NCBI RefSeq assembly: GCF_963921235.1
Contig: NC_086102.1
Span: 141,980,001-142,044,000 of the forward strand
Direction: 5' to 3'
Length of the DNA stretch: 64,000 nucleotides
Source: Mobula hypostoma
Taxonomy: Eukaryota
In this document: positions 38,006 to 50,915 of the stretch, piece by piece
Layout: every line of letters begins with the position of its first letter
Numbering within the stretch: the stretch's first letter is position 1
Notes under the pieces: generated by a model
Seen by the model: only the letters and a program-made list of their open reading frames with translations
Told to the model about the DNA's origin: nothing
Database searches by the model: none
Made by a program: the position numbers and the translations under genes

Positions 38006-38635
38006 TTAGTTATTGTAACCAGAGTAAATTATTGAGTTATTGGCCTTTCTCACATCAAATAAATGAACTAAAAGAAATGCGATATCACAAGAGTAGTGAG
38101 GAAATCCAGAATGTGGAGGTAATTGAAATGCTGAGTGTATGTGTACAGTTCTTCACTGACAGGAGAGTGGAAGGCTTTGACTGTTCAACGTGTTCACCAA
38201 GAGAAGTGGAGCAAACATCATGAATGCAGATGGTGGGAAAACTACAAGGAACCACTGCGGAAGGCAATATTAACTCTCACTTGGAGGATCAAGTGGGTTC
38301 TGAAGGGAGAGGCAACAAATATTATTGAAGACAAATCAAGTTTGACTCATCTGGCTGAATTCACTGATGAAAAAACAGACGTAGCTGATCAGTGTTGTGT
38401 AGCAGAAACTGTACAGATGGATTTTTAAAAGTCGTTTGTCAGGTGTCTCCTCAGTGTAGGCTGTTTGGGAAAGGGATTAAGAATGTTACTTTGACCTAGG
38501 TGATATGTAGCTGTGAATGTTCCTAAGCTATTTGGTTGAAAGAACAAATAAAATGATAAGAAAGCACAACTGAAAGAATCCACGATGCAACAAATGTTGT
38601 TCTTCTACAATAAATGAAAAAAGGATTTTGATACA

Positions 38636-38713
38636 TTTTGCTGATGTTTAATACTGTGTCATCAGAATAACAAGAAACTGTGTAGTGAAGCCTTTCTACC
38701 CTGCATATAAATA
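38636..38713 (+). promoter_or_regulatory. Gene 5 half-MARE-like motif + TATA box (38706-38713)
   Basis: Same motifs and spacing. Confidence 0.75.
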
Positions 38714-38771
38714 CCAACTTGTGTTAGGCAGTGAAACATTCAGCTGGTTACCCAGACTCACTGTGTTCAAA

Positions 38772-41700
38772 ATGGTAAAGGCAAGGCCTACTCAGTAAAT
38801 GAACTAAATGAGAATTCTTCATGAACACCTGAGCTACTATTAACACAGATATGTTTCTTCCCACAGATCATCTTCTACGAGGACAGGAACTTCCAGGGTT
38901 GGCACTATGAGTGCAGCTCCGACTGTGCCGACCTCTCCCCTTACTTCAGCCGCTGTAACTCCATCCGTGTTGAGAGTGACTGGTGGGTGTTGTACGAGAG
39001 ACCCAACTACATGGGATACCAGTATGTCCTGAGCAGGGGAAAGTATCTTGACTACCAGCGCTGGATAGGATTTAATGACTGTGTCAAGTCCTGTCGCAGT
39101 TACCCATATGTAAGTAGTGTTACGTACCCCGTACTGGAACTAAGAAAGTTTTATTAAAGAAATAAGCAACACAGTACTCTAATAGTAAGGATATAAATGC
39201 AACAGGTTACAATGAATAAACACACATGTACACAGATCTAGGATAATAGGATCAATCAAGCTCTATCGTCGTCTAGGGGTAAATGACCAGTTTCAAAGTG
39301 ACGCAAAGTTCAGTTCAACTGAGTTCAGTTCAGTTCACAGTAATCACTGCCGTGGCGATGGACAGTGGGGGGAAGGAGAGAGAGAGCAAAAACGAATGAA
39401 TATTCAAATGGCTTCCACACAGACTTTCGATATTCTTCGCAGTCAGCTTTCGGGCGAGCCCTTTGTGATGTCTTCTGAGGTCACCAACTGTGACCCCTCC
39501 GTTTCCAGATACGATCTTTTCACAGCAGTGAACCCGGCACCCAGGCAAGGGCGGACACACACCAGGTTCCCGCCGATTGTATCTTTCCACCCTGTGCGTC
39601 TCTGGCTTGGTCCCGCGACTAGCTCTCCAAAGACTCCCACCGACTTGTGGGAGGCGCATCGCTTCCAGGGTCTCGTTACCTCGTGGTGTCGTGTGTGTCC
39701 TGCCTTAGCGAACCTGTCCCTTTTTATCCCCCTGCTGGGGTATCGCCTGTCCATCACTTCAAACAGTTCAGGGTTCAAAGGGGAGCCGACCTTGACAGCT
39801 CTCCTTCCGTTAAACTCTCCCGTCCCTTCATTAACATCTCCAAATACTGCTCCATTGTTTTCCTTATCTCTCTTTCTCTTGAAGACAGGTGGCAGACCAA
39901 CTGCTGATCCCACTGGTGCCAGCACAGGCCAGCTAACATCTTAATCTATGTGTACTCTCGTCACACCCCTCATCTTTAAGGATTTTTACCGGGGTAACAA
40001 TTACAAACATGAATACATTATTTGATACACACAAATACATATCTTTATCAGCTATTTGGCTAATACAGTGAATTTGAAGTTGTCAACACCTGACAGACAG
40101 TCAGCCATCACATTTTCTGTTCCTTTTATATGTGTTATTAATAATCCCTTAGACCAGGCTCCAACTTAGCAAACTTCATAGTGGCCGAAAACACTGATGA
40201 ATTGCAATCAATGTAACCTCTCATTGGGCTTCGTCCCGGACCACAATAACAAGGGTCGTCCCATTCCGACTTAGTTTTCTCTCGCAAGGGCTTAGTAGGA
40301 GGGGGAGGGGTGGTAACCGCAGAGTTATTGCAAAACTTCCTACAGTACCCCACCATCTCCAAGAGCCTTCTGAGGGCCCTCTTGTCTGTCGGGGTTGGGA
40401 TGTCAGAGATAGCCCGCACTTTAGCTTGCATCGCTGCCAGCTGCCCCTGTGTTATCACAATTCCCAGGTAAGTGACCTTCGTGTGGCGGAACTCATTTCT
40501 TTCAAGGTTCACTATCAAGCTGGCTTCTGACAGCCGTATTACATCGCCAATACACACCTCTGTGTTCATCAGCCCTTTCGACACAGAATTACTCATTCTA
40601 TAGGGATGTTGCTCACTCTGAAGCAAAACAGCCCACTTATCTCTCGGCCAGTCCTGACTTGTAACAACTTTTTCGAAATGGAGAAAGTACCGATCCACAT
40701 CGGTATCGTCAAATGGGGGAACCAGCCTAACCTCCTGGGTGGCCCGGAACCCTCCACCTTGGTTCAGCACGAGCCCCTGCTCTGCCCTTATCTTTAACTT
40801 CTCCAGCTCAAATTCCCTTTCCCTCTGTTTCTCCAACTGCCTCTCTTCTCGCTCCAACTGTCTCTCTCTCTCTCCTGCCTTTCTAACTGTTTCTCTTTCT
40901 CCTGCCTTTCTAACTCTCTCTCTCTCTCCTGCCTTTCTAACTGTTTCTCTTCGTGTTCTAACTGCCGTACCTGGAACTCGTGCTCGAGTCTCAGTTTTTC
41001 AAGCTGCACCTGTACCGCGTCTCCAGCAGGTTTTTCAATAGACACCACCTCCAGCTCCCCTTGGGGAAACACACCTTTAGATACATAGTGCTCTACGATA
41101 GCTCTGTGTATCTCCTCTCTCCTCATTGTCGAATTCCCCTTAACAAGATTCAACCGTTTGGCCACATCTGCCAATTCCGCTTTCCTGGCATCCTCTAATG
41201 CCTTCAAGGTCAGCGCCTTTATAAATTCCTCAGCCTCCATTTCTGCTGTTTGTCTTTTCTTTCTTTCGGGAATTTTAACCCAATCAATTTACTCCGTCCC
41301 AAATTTAGCGTTCAAAGTCGCGGACGAGAACCCCACTTATGTTACGTACCCCGTATCTGGGTTGCCAAACCAGTAGAAATGGATCACTCAGTTGGAGTCT
41401 GGATTACTGGAACTAAGAAAGTTTTATTAAAGAAATAAGCAACACAGTACTCTAATAGTAAGGATATAAATGCAACAGGTTAGCAATGAATAAACACACA
41501 TGTACACAGATCTAGGATAATAGGATCAATCAAGCTCTATCGTCGTCCAGGGGTAAATGACCAGTTTCAAAGTGACGCAAAGTTCAGTTCAACTGAGTTT
41601 AGTTCAGTTCACAGTAATCACTGCCGTGGCGATGGACAGTGGGGGGAAGGAGAGAGAGAGCAAAAACGAATGAATATTCAAACGGCTTCCACACAGACCT

Positions 41701-43571
41701 TCGATATTCTTCGCAGTCAGCTTTCGGGCGAGCCCTTTGTGATGTCTTCTGAGGTCACCGACTGTGACCCCTCCGTTTCCAGATACGATCTTTCCTCAGC
41801 GGTGAACCCAGCACCCAGGCAAGGGTGGACACACACCAGGTTCTCGTCGATCGTATCTTTCCACCCTGTGCGTCTCTGGCTTGGTCCCGCAACTAGCCCT
41901 CCAAAGACTCCCACCGACTTGTGGGAGGCGCACTGCTTCCAGGGTCTCGTTACCTCGTGGTGTCGTGTGTGTCCTGCCTTAGCGAACCTGTCCCTTTTTA
42001 TCCCCTTGCTGGGGTGTCGCCTGTCCATCACTTCAAACAGTTCAGGGTTCAAAGGGGAGCCGATCTTGACAGCTCTCCTTCCGTTAAACTCTCCCGTCCC
42101 TTCATTAACATCTCCAAATGCTGCTCCATTGTTTTCCTTATCTCTCTTTCTCCTGAAGACAGGTGGCAGACCAACTGCTGATCCCACTGGTGCCAGCACA
42201 GGACAGCTAACATCTTAATCTATGTGTACTCTCGTCACAGTAGCAATTACTTTTTCTGGGAATCTAACCTTTTGTAGTTTGGCTTTGCTGATGGAGAATT
42301 TGCCTCACAAGTACCCACTGGGTGTCTAATATGCCCGTGTAATAATATGCAAGGATATTTCAAGGAGGAGGGAGTGTTGGGTCTCATCTAGAGCATTGAT
42401 TTGCATAAGACCCCAGAGGCTGATGGGATATACCCCATGGTAGAGGATGAGGCAAGAGCTGAGAGTGCTGTGACTTTGACCAACTTCTTCGGATCTTTTT
42501 TAGCTATCTGGAATTTTGCAACAGTTTTGTTGCACCATGATAGGAAGGACGTCGAAGCTTTGGAGAGGGTTCAGGGGAGGCTTGTTAGAATGCTGCTAGA
42601 ATTAGAAGGGTGGACAACCTTGTGTTATTTTCTCTGGAGCAGCTAATGCTGAGGGAGAGATCTGACAGAAGTTTCATAGATTATGAGAGTTATCAATAGA
42701 GTAGACAGACAGCGTCTTTTTCCCACAGTTAAAAGATATAAAACCAGAGGACATGCACTTGAAGTGCGAGGGTGTAAGTTCAAAGGTGATGTGAAAGGCA
42801 TGTTTCTTACAGAGAGTTGTGGGAGCCTGGAATGCACAGCCTGTGTGTGATTAGGAGAGAGATGGGAACTTCTGCAAGATGTTTCGTTAGGCACTTGAAT
42901 GTGAGGGAAGTGGAAGGAAATGGACATTATTTAAGCAGAAGGGATAGTTTATTTCACCATTTAAATATAATGACCAAATAAATTACAATTTACTAATTTA
43001 ATTGGTTCAGCAGATCATTGTGGTCCAAAGAGCCTGTTGCTGTTTTATGTACTAAGTTTTAAAGGCAGAATTTCTCATATTTTCTCCTGTGTTTTTCTTC
43101 AACATACTTGAACCAGTAGCAATGCTAGTTGGAGACGTTGTTGAGGCAGGTAGTTAGTGAAATGATCAAATTGCACCTGACTTTATTTCCCGTTGACGTC
43201 AATGTCCAGTCTGTGAATTAGTGTTCAGACGTCGTGTATAATAGGAGAATACTAAACAAAACATCATTATTAAAACTCTGTGTTTCCTATTCTAGTACCG
43301 AGTTGGAAACTACAGGATGAGTATTTACGAGAGGCCTGACTTTGCGGGACAGATGATGGAATTCATGGACGACTGTCCCTCTGTCTACGATCGTTTCCGT
43401 TACCGTGACATCCACTCCTGTCAGGTGATGGATGGCTACTGGATCTTCTATGAACATCCCAACTACAGAGGCCGACAGTACTTCCTGAGACCCGGGGAAT
43501 ACAGGAGATACAGTGACTGGGGCGGCTACAACTCAATGATCGGGTCCTTCAGGCGCATGAGAGACTTCTAA
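38772..43571 (+). CDS. Gamma-crystallin gene 5, 175 aa, exons 38772-38780, 38867-39109, 43296-43571; LTR element in intron 2
   Basis: Open frame (MVK|[16 protein letters not shown]...|[14 protein letters not shown]...RDF*) with splice dinucleotides intact. Several radical private substitutions, so function is less certain. Confidence 0.88.
39118..42239 (-). mobile_element. Non-autonomous Gmr1-like Ty3/gypsy LTR retrotransposon (LTRs 39118-39965 and 41340-42239)
   Basis: 4-bp TSD GTAG (39114-39117 / 42240-42243); TGT..ACA ends; PBS TGGGGTTCTCGTCCGCGAC (tRNA-Pro-like) 41335-41317; PPT at 39966-39980; gag [26 protein letters not shown]; RT and RNase H remnants. Confidence 0.92.
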
Positions 43572-46376
43572 ATGTTGTTCTTGAAAATCTGATTTTAACC
43601 TATTGAAATATTTATGGAGGTAATAAAACATCTGAATTGACATGATCAGTTCATTTGATTCATTTACCCTGATTCCACCGAAAATCACATCAGAACAGTA
43701 ATCATAATAGAGTACAATAAATTGTGTTACCACAGTTGGTTCCAATTAACAGGTAACATTATGATGATTCATAGGAGGCTGAAAAATATAAACTGAATTG
43801 AAAGTTGTTCTTTGCCTTTTGTGTTATTGTGTCTATTGAGAGGCATTAAGTTCCATTTCTGAATTTATTTCCAGTGAAGTTATTGAGTACTAATATCTAT
43901 CTTTATGATTTCCATGATTCTGATGGTTTTTTGAAATGACTTCACAAAAATATAAACCGTGTAAATAGAGACATGAAATTAAAGAGCAGATGAAGTGGCA
44001 CTTCTACAAAATATGATGAATTCTACCAAAGTTGAGACCAGCATAAACAACAAAATGAAATTGTCAGAAATCTACTGGCTAGTTTAAACATATCTATGAT
44101 TCTGTGGGACCAGATTGTGAAGGATGAAAGTGAGTCAAAATTGACAGAGAATAATTTAAAGCTGTGGACGCCTCTAAGGAAATTTAACAAATCAGAAAGC
44201 ATTATTTAAACCTTAGTAAACACAGATCTGAAAGAATGTAATCAGACTGAAATGTATGTGTTTGAAAGGATGAGGAATCTCTGCAATTGCCTATGTGGAG
44301 ATTGTAGAGGCCGATCAAGGAAGTGGAAATAGTCTAGGGAAATCGGGATATGGGGAAATGGCCCAGAAGGGGACAATGGCAGGTTCTGTTGGAACCTCTT
44401 AAATTCTTACCACTTAACACGATAACAGTATGACAGAGATCGGGAAAGTGTACAGCAGTTTAACATAGACGTACAATCTGAGGTGAAATTGAATCTTAAC
44501 AAATCCACATATTTGTGGTGGTTCTCAGTTCCCCTAGATTTAAATCAGAGCAGAGTACTGTGAAGGGTTTTAATTTTGAATGTGGGCATCATAAGTATTA
44601 GAGCAAGGCTTTTTGCTGTGGCAAAGAGCAGTAATACCTTTATTTTGGGAAGTTTGCCTTATGTCTTGCTGAGGGATGCTAATATAAGGACAGATGAACT
44701 TTTCCAGATTTAAGTCACATTTCTGTGGTTATTTGGAGTGATGGATGATCTCAGTGAAAAAAAAAACATCCTGAACCACATCAATGGGTTGACGTTGAGA
44801 TCTTTCCACCACTGGGGCCTTGGACAGTTGTCACAGCTATCAGATAAAGGGGCAAATACTTAAAGTTGAGATGTTGAGAAATATCCTCGCGCTGAAATTG
44901 GCAGACCAACAGCCCAGTAATGTAGGAGCTAAATAACTGTAGAGTATGTATGAACTGAATGAACTACCTGAAATAATCATTTTGCCTTTCATAAAAACAC
45001 CCCAGAGTGAATGAAACTATATGTGACCTTATCGAGGTTTTTAAGAACATGAATTGTGTATAAGGTTGAGGATTGCAATATTTTTAAGAGAGTAGAGTTG
45101 TCTAAAATGAGACAGCTTAGATTTTGGATGAGAGAGGAAAGAGAGGAATGGAGGAGCAGAAAATAGTGTATCAAACTGGAAACAACCAAACAAATGATAC
45201 ATTGATACACATTCGATACATGGATGATTTGAAATTATATGCTCCTTCCTTCATCAGTAAAGCTAAAGCAAAGTACAGCTATTTCTGAAAGATATAAACA
45301 TGAACTTTGGCCTAGATAACTGCAAACCGTTAAACATAAAGAAAGGTGCAATAGAGCTAGTAGAATATAAAACAGAGCAGCACGATACAATACAACGGAT
45401 GGATGAGTCGGAAAGGTAATTATGTATTTCTGATATCAAAAAGCAAAGGAATTAGATCATAGTGTGATAAAGAAAAAGCATTCGGCAGAATTTGCTTCAA
45501 GTCTTGCCAAAAGAGCTCCATAGTAAAATACAAAAGACAATAAACACTTTCATTGTCCCCATATTATCATATCCTTTTGTCATAATTTCTTAGTCCGAAC
45601 CCGATCTGGAGAATTTACAAAGAAAACTACGAGCTAAAATGTCAAATTTTAGAAAACACAACGTACACTCGAACACATCAGGTGTTGGCAAGGAAACATC
45701 GAACCCCTGGCTAGAGTTTGAGACTTCTTCCCAGACACAGAGGGGCTCCATGTGGCAATACAGAACCAGGTTGTTAACACAAAAAAAATTATCAAAATAC
45801 ATTGTAAAACACCAACAAGTTCAAGATGATAAATGCAGAAAATGCCAAGAGAAACCAAAGCAATTCAGCACATCCTGTAGCAGTTTAACTCCTTCTGGTT
45901 ACTTACACAGGCACAATCAGTGGCAAATATCATTCACCAAAATCTTGTTTTAAAATACAACCTCAGAAATGACACCATACCTTACTATAAATAGTAGCCT
46001 AATCCACTATTAGAGTCAGTTCTGGAAAATATGTTACATCCAATCTATTATTACAGATAATACAATCTATAATAACTGTCCTTATACAATATTACAGGCT
46101 AAATAAGAAAGAACAACATATTTAATATGTAATACCCTGTTTAAGAATTCTACTCTTAGTGCTGTGGGGTATTTCATTTGGGAGCTTTCTGCAAAAGCAG
46201 TGTTCTGCTGGTAGAATGTTTTGGTTTCAGTTAAAGATAAGGGACAATAATTTTCAGCTTATGAATGTTGTGTCAGCCAATCAGGATGGTGAAATTGGGA
46301 GAAGATGCTAGAGAGATTTATGATGCACACTGGTGAGGTTTGTGATCTTGTTGGAGGGAGTGGCAGAGAAAAGAAT

Positions 46377-47570
46377 CACTCACAACACGCTGGAGGAACT
46401 CAGCAGGTCGGGCAGCATCCGTGGAAACGATGAGTCGACGTTTTTGGCCGGAACCCCTCATCAGGACTGAAGGGGGAAGGGGCAGAGGCCCTATAAAGAA
46501 GGTGGGGGAGGGTGGGAAGGAGAGGGCTAGTAGGTTCCAGGTGAAAAACCAGTAAGGGGAAAGATAAAGGGGTGGGGGAAGGGAGGCAGGGAGGTGATAG
46601 GCAAGAAAGGTGAAGAAAGAATAGGGGAAAACGCAATGGGTAGTAGAAGGAGGCGGGACCATGAGGGAGGTGGTAGGCAGCTGGGGGAGGGGGCAGAGTG
46701 ACATAGGGATAGGGGAAGGTAGGGGGAGGGAAATACCGGAAGATGGAGAATTCTATATTCATACCAAGGGGCTGGAGACTACCTAGACGGTATATGAGGT
46801 GTTGCTCCTCCAACCTGAGTTTAGCCTCATCATGGCAGTAGAGGAGGCCATGTACGGACATATCTGAATGGGAGTGGGAAGCAAAGTTGAAGTGGGTGGC
46901 TACTGGGAGATCCTGTCTGTTTTGGCGGACGGAGCAGAGGTGCTCGACGAAGCGGTCCCCCAATCTGCGTCAGGTTTCACCGATGTAGAGGAGACCGCAC
47001 CGGGAGCACCGGATGCAATAGATGGCCCCGACAGACTCACAAGTAAAGTGTTGCCTCACTTGGAAGTACTGTTTGGGGCCCTGAATGGTGACGAGAGAGG
47101 AGGTGTAGGGACAGGTGTAGCACTTGCGCTTACAGGGATAAGTGCCAGGTGGGAGATCCGTGGGGAGGGACGTGTCGACCAGGGAGTCGCAGAGGAACCG
47201 ATCCCTGCGGAAGGCGGAGAGGGGTGGAGAGGGAAAGATGTGCTTAGTTGTGGGGTCCTGTTGAAGGTGGCGGAAGTTGCAGAGGATAATATGTTGGTTC
47301 CGGAGGCTGGTGGGGTGGTAGGTGAGGACAAGGGGAACTCTGTCCCTGTTGTGGTGGCGGGAGGATGGGGTGAGAGCCGAAGTGTGGGAAATGGAGGAGA
47401 TGCGGGTGAGGGCATCATTGATGACAGCAGAAGGGAAACCACGATCCTTAAAGAAAGAGAACATTTGAGGCGTCCTGGAATGGAAAACGTCATCCTCAGA
47501 GCAGATGCGGCGGAGACGGAGGAACTGGGAATAGGGAATGGCATTTTTGCATGTGGCGGGATGGGAAGAG
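46377..47570 (-). mobile_element. Penelope-like (Neptune-type) retroelement, 3' part with GIY-YIG endonuclease
   Basis: RVPLVLTYHP, FTCES..AIYCIRCSRCGLLYIGET, GDRFVEHL, LEEQHLIYRLGSLQPLGMN. Confidence 0.92.
46433..46468 (-). ncRNA. Minimal hammerhead ribozyme motif, core-mutated
   Basis: Minus strand AGUC-CUGAUGA-GGGGUUCCGGCCA-AAAA-CG-UC-GACU; the GAAA box reads AAAA. Confidence 0.55.
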
Positions 47571-47954
47571 CCTCAAACCCAGTGAAATGGCTGCAAATAA
47601 ATAGAGCCATTCAAAACACATAAAATACAGAAATCAAAAAAATAAAGAACACCAGAAGTATGCAGAATTAAAAGAGGAAATTGCAAGATTATGAAATGTG
47701 AACAGGTTATACATTGTCCCAAAAGTAATCTCTACAACTGGCATCATCCCAACCTAATGTCAATACACAATAGAATGAAACAATTAGGCCTACCCAGCAA
47801 TATTTAGGTAAATCTTCAGAAAGCCACAATACTAACACAACTTGAACAGTTGAATAGTTCCTCACAATTGAGAAATGAATGTGCTTGGCTATGTCCGTCC
47901 CTTTGGTTTTAACAGCTAAAGCTGAGATAAAAACATACCAATAACAATAATTAA

Positions 47955-49060
47955 TAAATAAGCAATAAATATTGAGAACATGAGCTGAAGAGTCGTTGAA
48001 AGTGAGTGTAATGTTTATAAGAAGAGTTCAGTCTTGGGACAAGTGAAGTTGAGTGAAGTGATTCCATCTGGTTCAAGAGCTTGATGGTGGAGGAGTAATA
48101 CTGTTCCCAAACCTGGTGCTGTGATTCCTGAGGCTCCTGTACCTACTTGCAGAGAGTAGCAGTGAGAAGAGAGTGTGACCTAAGTCGTGGGTTTCTTAAT
48201 GACAGATGCTGCTTTTCTGCGATAACGCTCCATGTAGATGTGCTGATTGGCAGAAAAGTCTTTACCCAGAACGGACTGGGCAATATCCATTATGTTTTGC
48301 AGTGCTTTCCATTCAAGGGCATTGGTGTTTCCATACCTGGCCATGATGCAGCCAGGTAATATAATCTCCATAACACATCTACATAAATTTGTCAATGTTT
48401 TAGATGTCAAGCTGAATCTTCCTAATCCTCTGAGAAAATAGAGGCACTGCACCGCTTTTTTCATAATTACACAGCACTGATCAGCCACTTTTGTTCTTTC
48501 AGCAACAAATTCAGCTGTGACTTACCTTCAATAATCTCAGCTGGGCAGAGTACTGGTCCTATGAAATTGTCACATGAAGGAACTTAAAGTGCTGATCCTC
48601 TCCACCTCTTAATCCTCCAAGGAGGACTGGCTTATGGCCCTCAGTTTCCTCCTCCTGAAATCAATAATCAGCTCCTTGGTCTTGGTGACAGGGAGTAAGA
48701 GGTTGCCCCTGTGATACCACTCAGCTGAATTTTCAATCTCATTTCTACATGCTGATTCCTCACTACCTGTTGTCACCTATGTCACCTGATTTCATTTTGT
48801 AAGAAGTGGTAGCACTCAACCTCTGTCACAACCTGACTTCATTGATGCAAATTTTTCCCTGAATTGTCACTTCATTCATGAAATGCACCCAAAGATTGTA
48901 CCTGGACCTCCTGTAACATTCTTGGCCATTAGACTGGAGTGCCTCTGCTCTGGTCCTCAACAGATTTCAGATCACATGGTTCATCCAGGCTCCTGGTTGG
49001 GAAAGACACTGAATGATTTTGAGTGGCACCTTGTTCGATAATTGTTTTCATAAACCAGGA
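47955..49060 (-). mobile_element. Cassette Rex/Babar fossil (before gene 6)
   Basis: Same minus-strand motifs as 36910-38005. Confidence 0.75.
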
Positions 49061-49066
49061 TTAGTT

Positions 49067-50143
49067 AGATTAGATTAGATTATGAAGACACGCAGTCCTC
49101 TTTTATCGTCATTTAGTAATGCATGCATTAAGAAATGATACAATGCTCCTCCAGTGTGATATCACAGAAACACAAGACAGACCAAGACTGAAAAACTGAC
49201 AAAAACCGCATAATTATAACAGATAGTTACAACAGTGCAAGCAATACTGTAACTTGATGAAGAACAGGCCATGGGCACAGTAAAAAAAGTTCAAAGTCTC
49301 ACGAAAGTCCCATGATCTCACGCAGACCGGAGAAGGAAGAAAACTCTCCCTGCCATGCTTCCAGCGCCGCAAACTTGCTGATGCAGCATCCTGGAAGCAC
49401 CCGACCACAGTCCAACTCTGAGTCGTCCGGAAACTTCGAGCCTCCAACCAGCCCTCTGACACCGAGCACTGAGCACCATCTCTGCCGAACGCTTCGACCC
49501 CAGCCCCGGCCGCCAGCAACAGGCAAAGCCGAGGATTTGTGGCCAACCCTCCGGAGATTCTCGATCACACAGTAGCATCAGCAGCGAGCTGGGCATTTCA
49601 GAAATTTCTCCAGATGTTCCTCTGTGCTTCTCACATCTGTCTCCATCAAATCAGAATTGTGCACGGCCCCCTATTTAACAAATACGATATCATTTCACCG
49701 GAGAGGCCACGCGGCGGTATCACGCCGCCATCTTCTCCTCCCGCCATCTTAAGCTCCTGAAAACAGGGAGAAATAATCACAACAGTGATATGTTTCCTCA
49801 TTGAGAGCATTTACTAAAGTGAGAAAAATGCCACGCTTTCTCCTGGGTATGTGGGTAGAGACAAAAGCAATCGACTTCAGGCTAGTAGATCAAGGCTACT
49901 CTGCAGATCACTGATAATACTATTAGAGTTTAACTTTTAACAATAAAGAATGAAATAAACAAAGAAATGCATTAAATCCCTTTTAGCATTTTAGCCCTTT
50001 TTAACATACGTTTTTACTGTTTTTAAAGACCTTATAAATTGTTGCTCATGACCGTATGATCCTTTTAACCTTATCACAGCATTGAATTTACTGCCTTTTT
50101 AGACTTAACAGATCTTTAGTGTATCATCCTTTAACTTGTCACA
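49067..50143 (-). mobile_element. Private insertion: non-autonomous retroposon ((AGATT)n tail to ..CCGCCATCTT, 49067-~49750) plus unclassified AT-rich segment
   Basis: Interrupts the cassette sequence GGTTAGTTA|TTGTAA; GC-rich body with a microsatellite tail; no credible protein motifs. Confidence 0.55.
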
Positions 50144-50780
50144 TATTGTAATCAGAGTAAATTATTGAGTTATTGGCCTTTTTCATATCAAATAAATGAA
50201 TTAAAAGGAATGTGATATCACAAGTTTGGTGAAGAAATCTAGAATGTGGAGGCGATTGAAATGCTGAGTGTATGTGTACAGTTCTTCACTGACAGGAGAG
50301 TGGAAGGCTTTGACTATTCAATGCGTTCAACAAGTGGAGCAAACATCATGAATGTGGGAAATGGGAAAACTACAAGGAACCACTGCGAAAGGCAATATTA
50401 ACTCTCACTTGGAGGATCAAGTGGGTTCTGAAGGGAGGTAGCAAATATTATTGAAGACACAAGTCAAGTTTGACTCATCTGGTTGAACTCACTGATGAAA
50501 AAACAGACGTAGCTGATCAGTGTTGTGTAGCAGAAACTGTACAGATGGATTTTTAAAAGAACATCTGTCAATTTAATAAGGTGTCTCCTCAATGTAGGCT
50601 GTTTGGGAAAGTGATTCAGATTGTTACATGACCTAGGTGATATGTAGCTGTGAATGTTCCTAAACTGTTTGGTTGAAACAACAATCAAAATGATAAGAAA
50701 GCACAACTGAAAGAATCCACGATGCAACAAATGTCTTTCTGTTGTTTTTCTACAATAAATGAAAAAAGGATTTTGCTGCA

Positions 50781-50858
50781 TTTTGCTGATGTTTAATGTT
50801 GTGTCATCAGAACAACAAGAAACTGCCTAGTGAGGCCTTTCTACCCTGCATATAAATA
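50781..50858 (+). promoter_or_regulatory. Gene 6 half-MARE-like motif + TATA box (50851-50858)
   Basis: Same motifs and spacing; a second TTTTGCTG lies 10 bp upstream. Confidence 0.75.
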
Positions 50859-50915
50859 CCAACTTGTGTTAGGCAGTGAAACATTCAGCTGGTTACCAGA
50901 CTAAGTGCATTTAAA

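Larger units (their letters stand above)
45150..47955 (+). mobile_element. Cassette R4/Dong fossil (unit 5) with solo-LTR remnant 46128-47595
   Basis: Same motifs and LTR site as units 3, 4 and 6; the LTR is partly deleted at the Penelope insertion. Confidence 0.75.

Noticed and set aside
46470-46735. G-rich purine tract (G-quadruplex-like; also ~59500-59765)
   Set aside because: Ordinary part of the Penelope 3' region; nothing locus-specific.
46868-47623. 251-aa plus-strand ORF
   Set aside because: Antisense to the Penelope ORF, low complexity, no motif.
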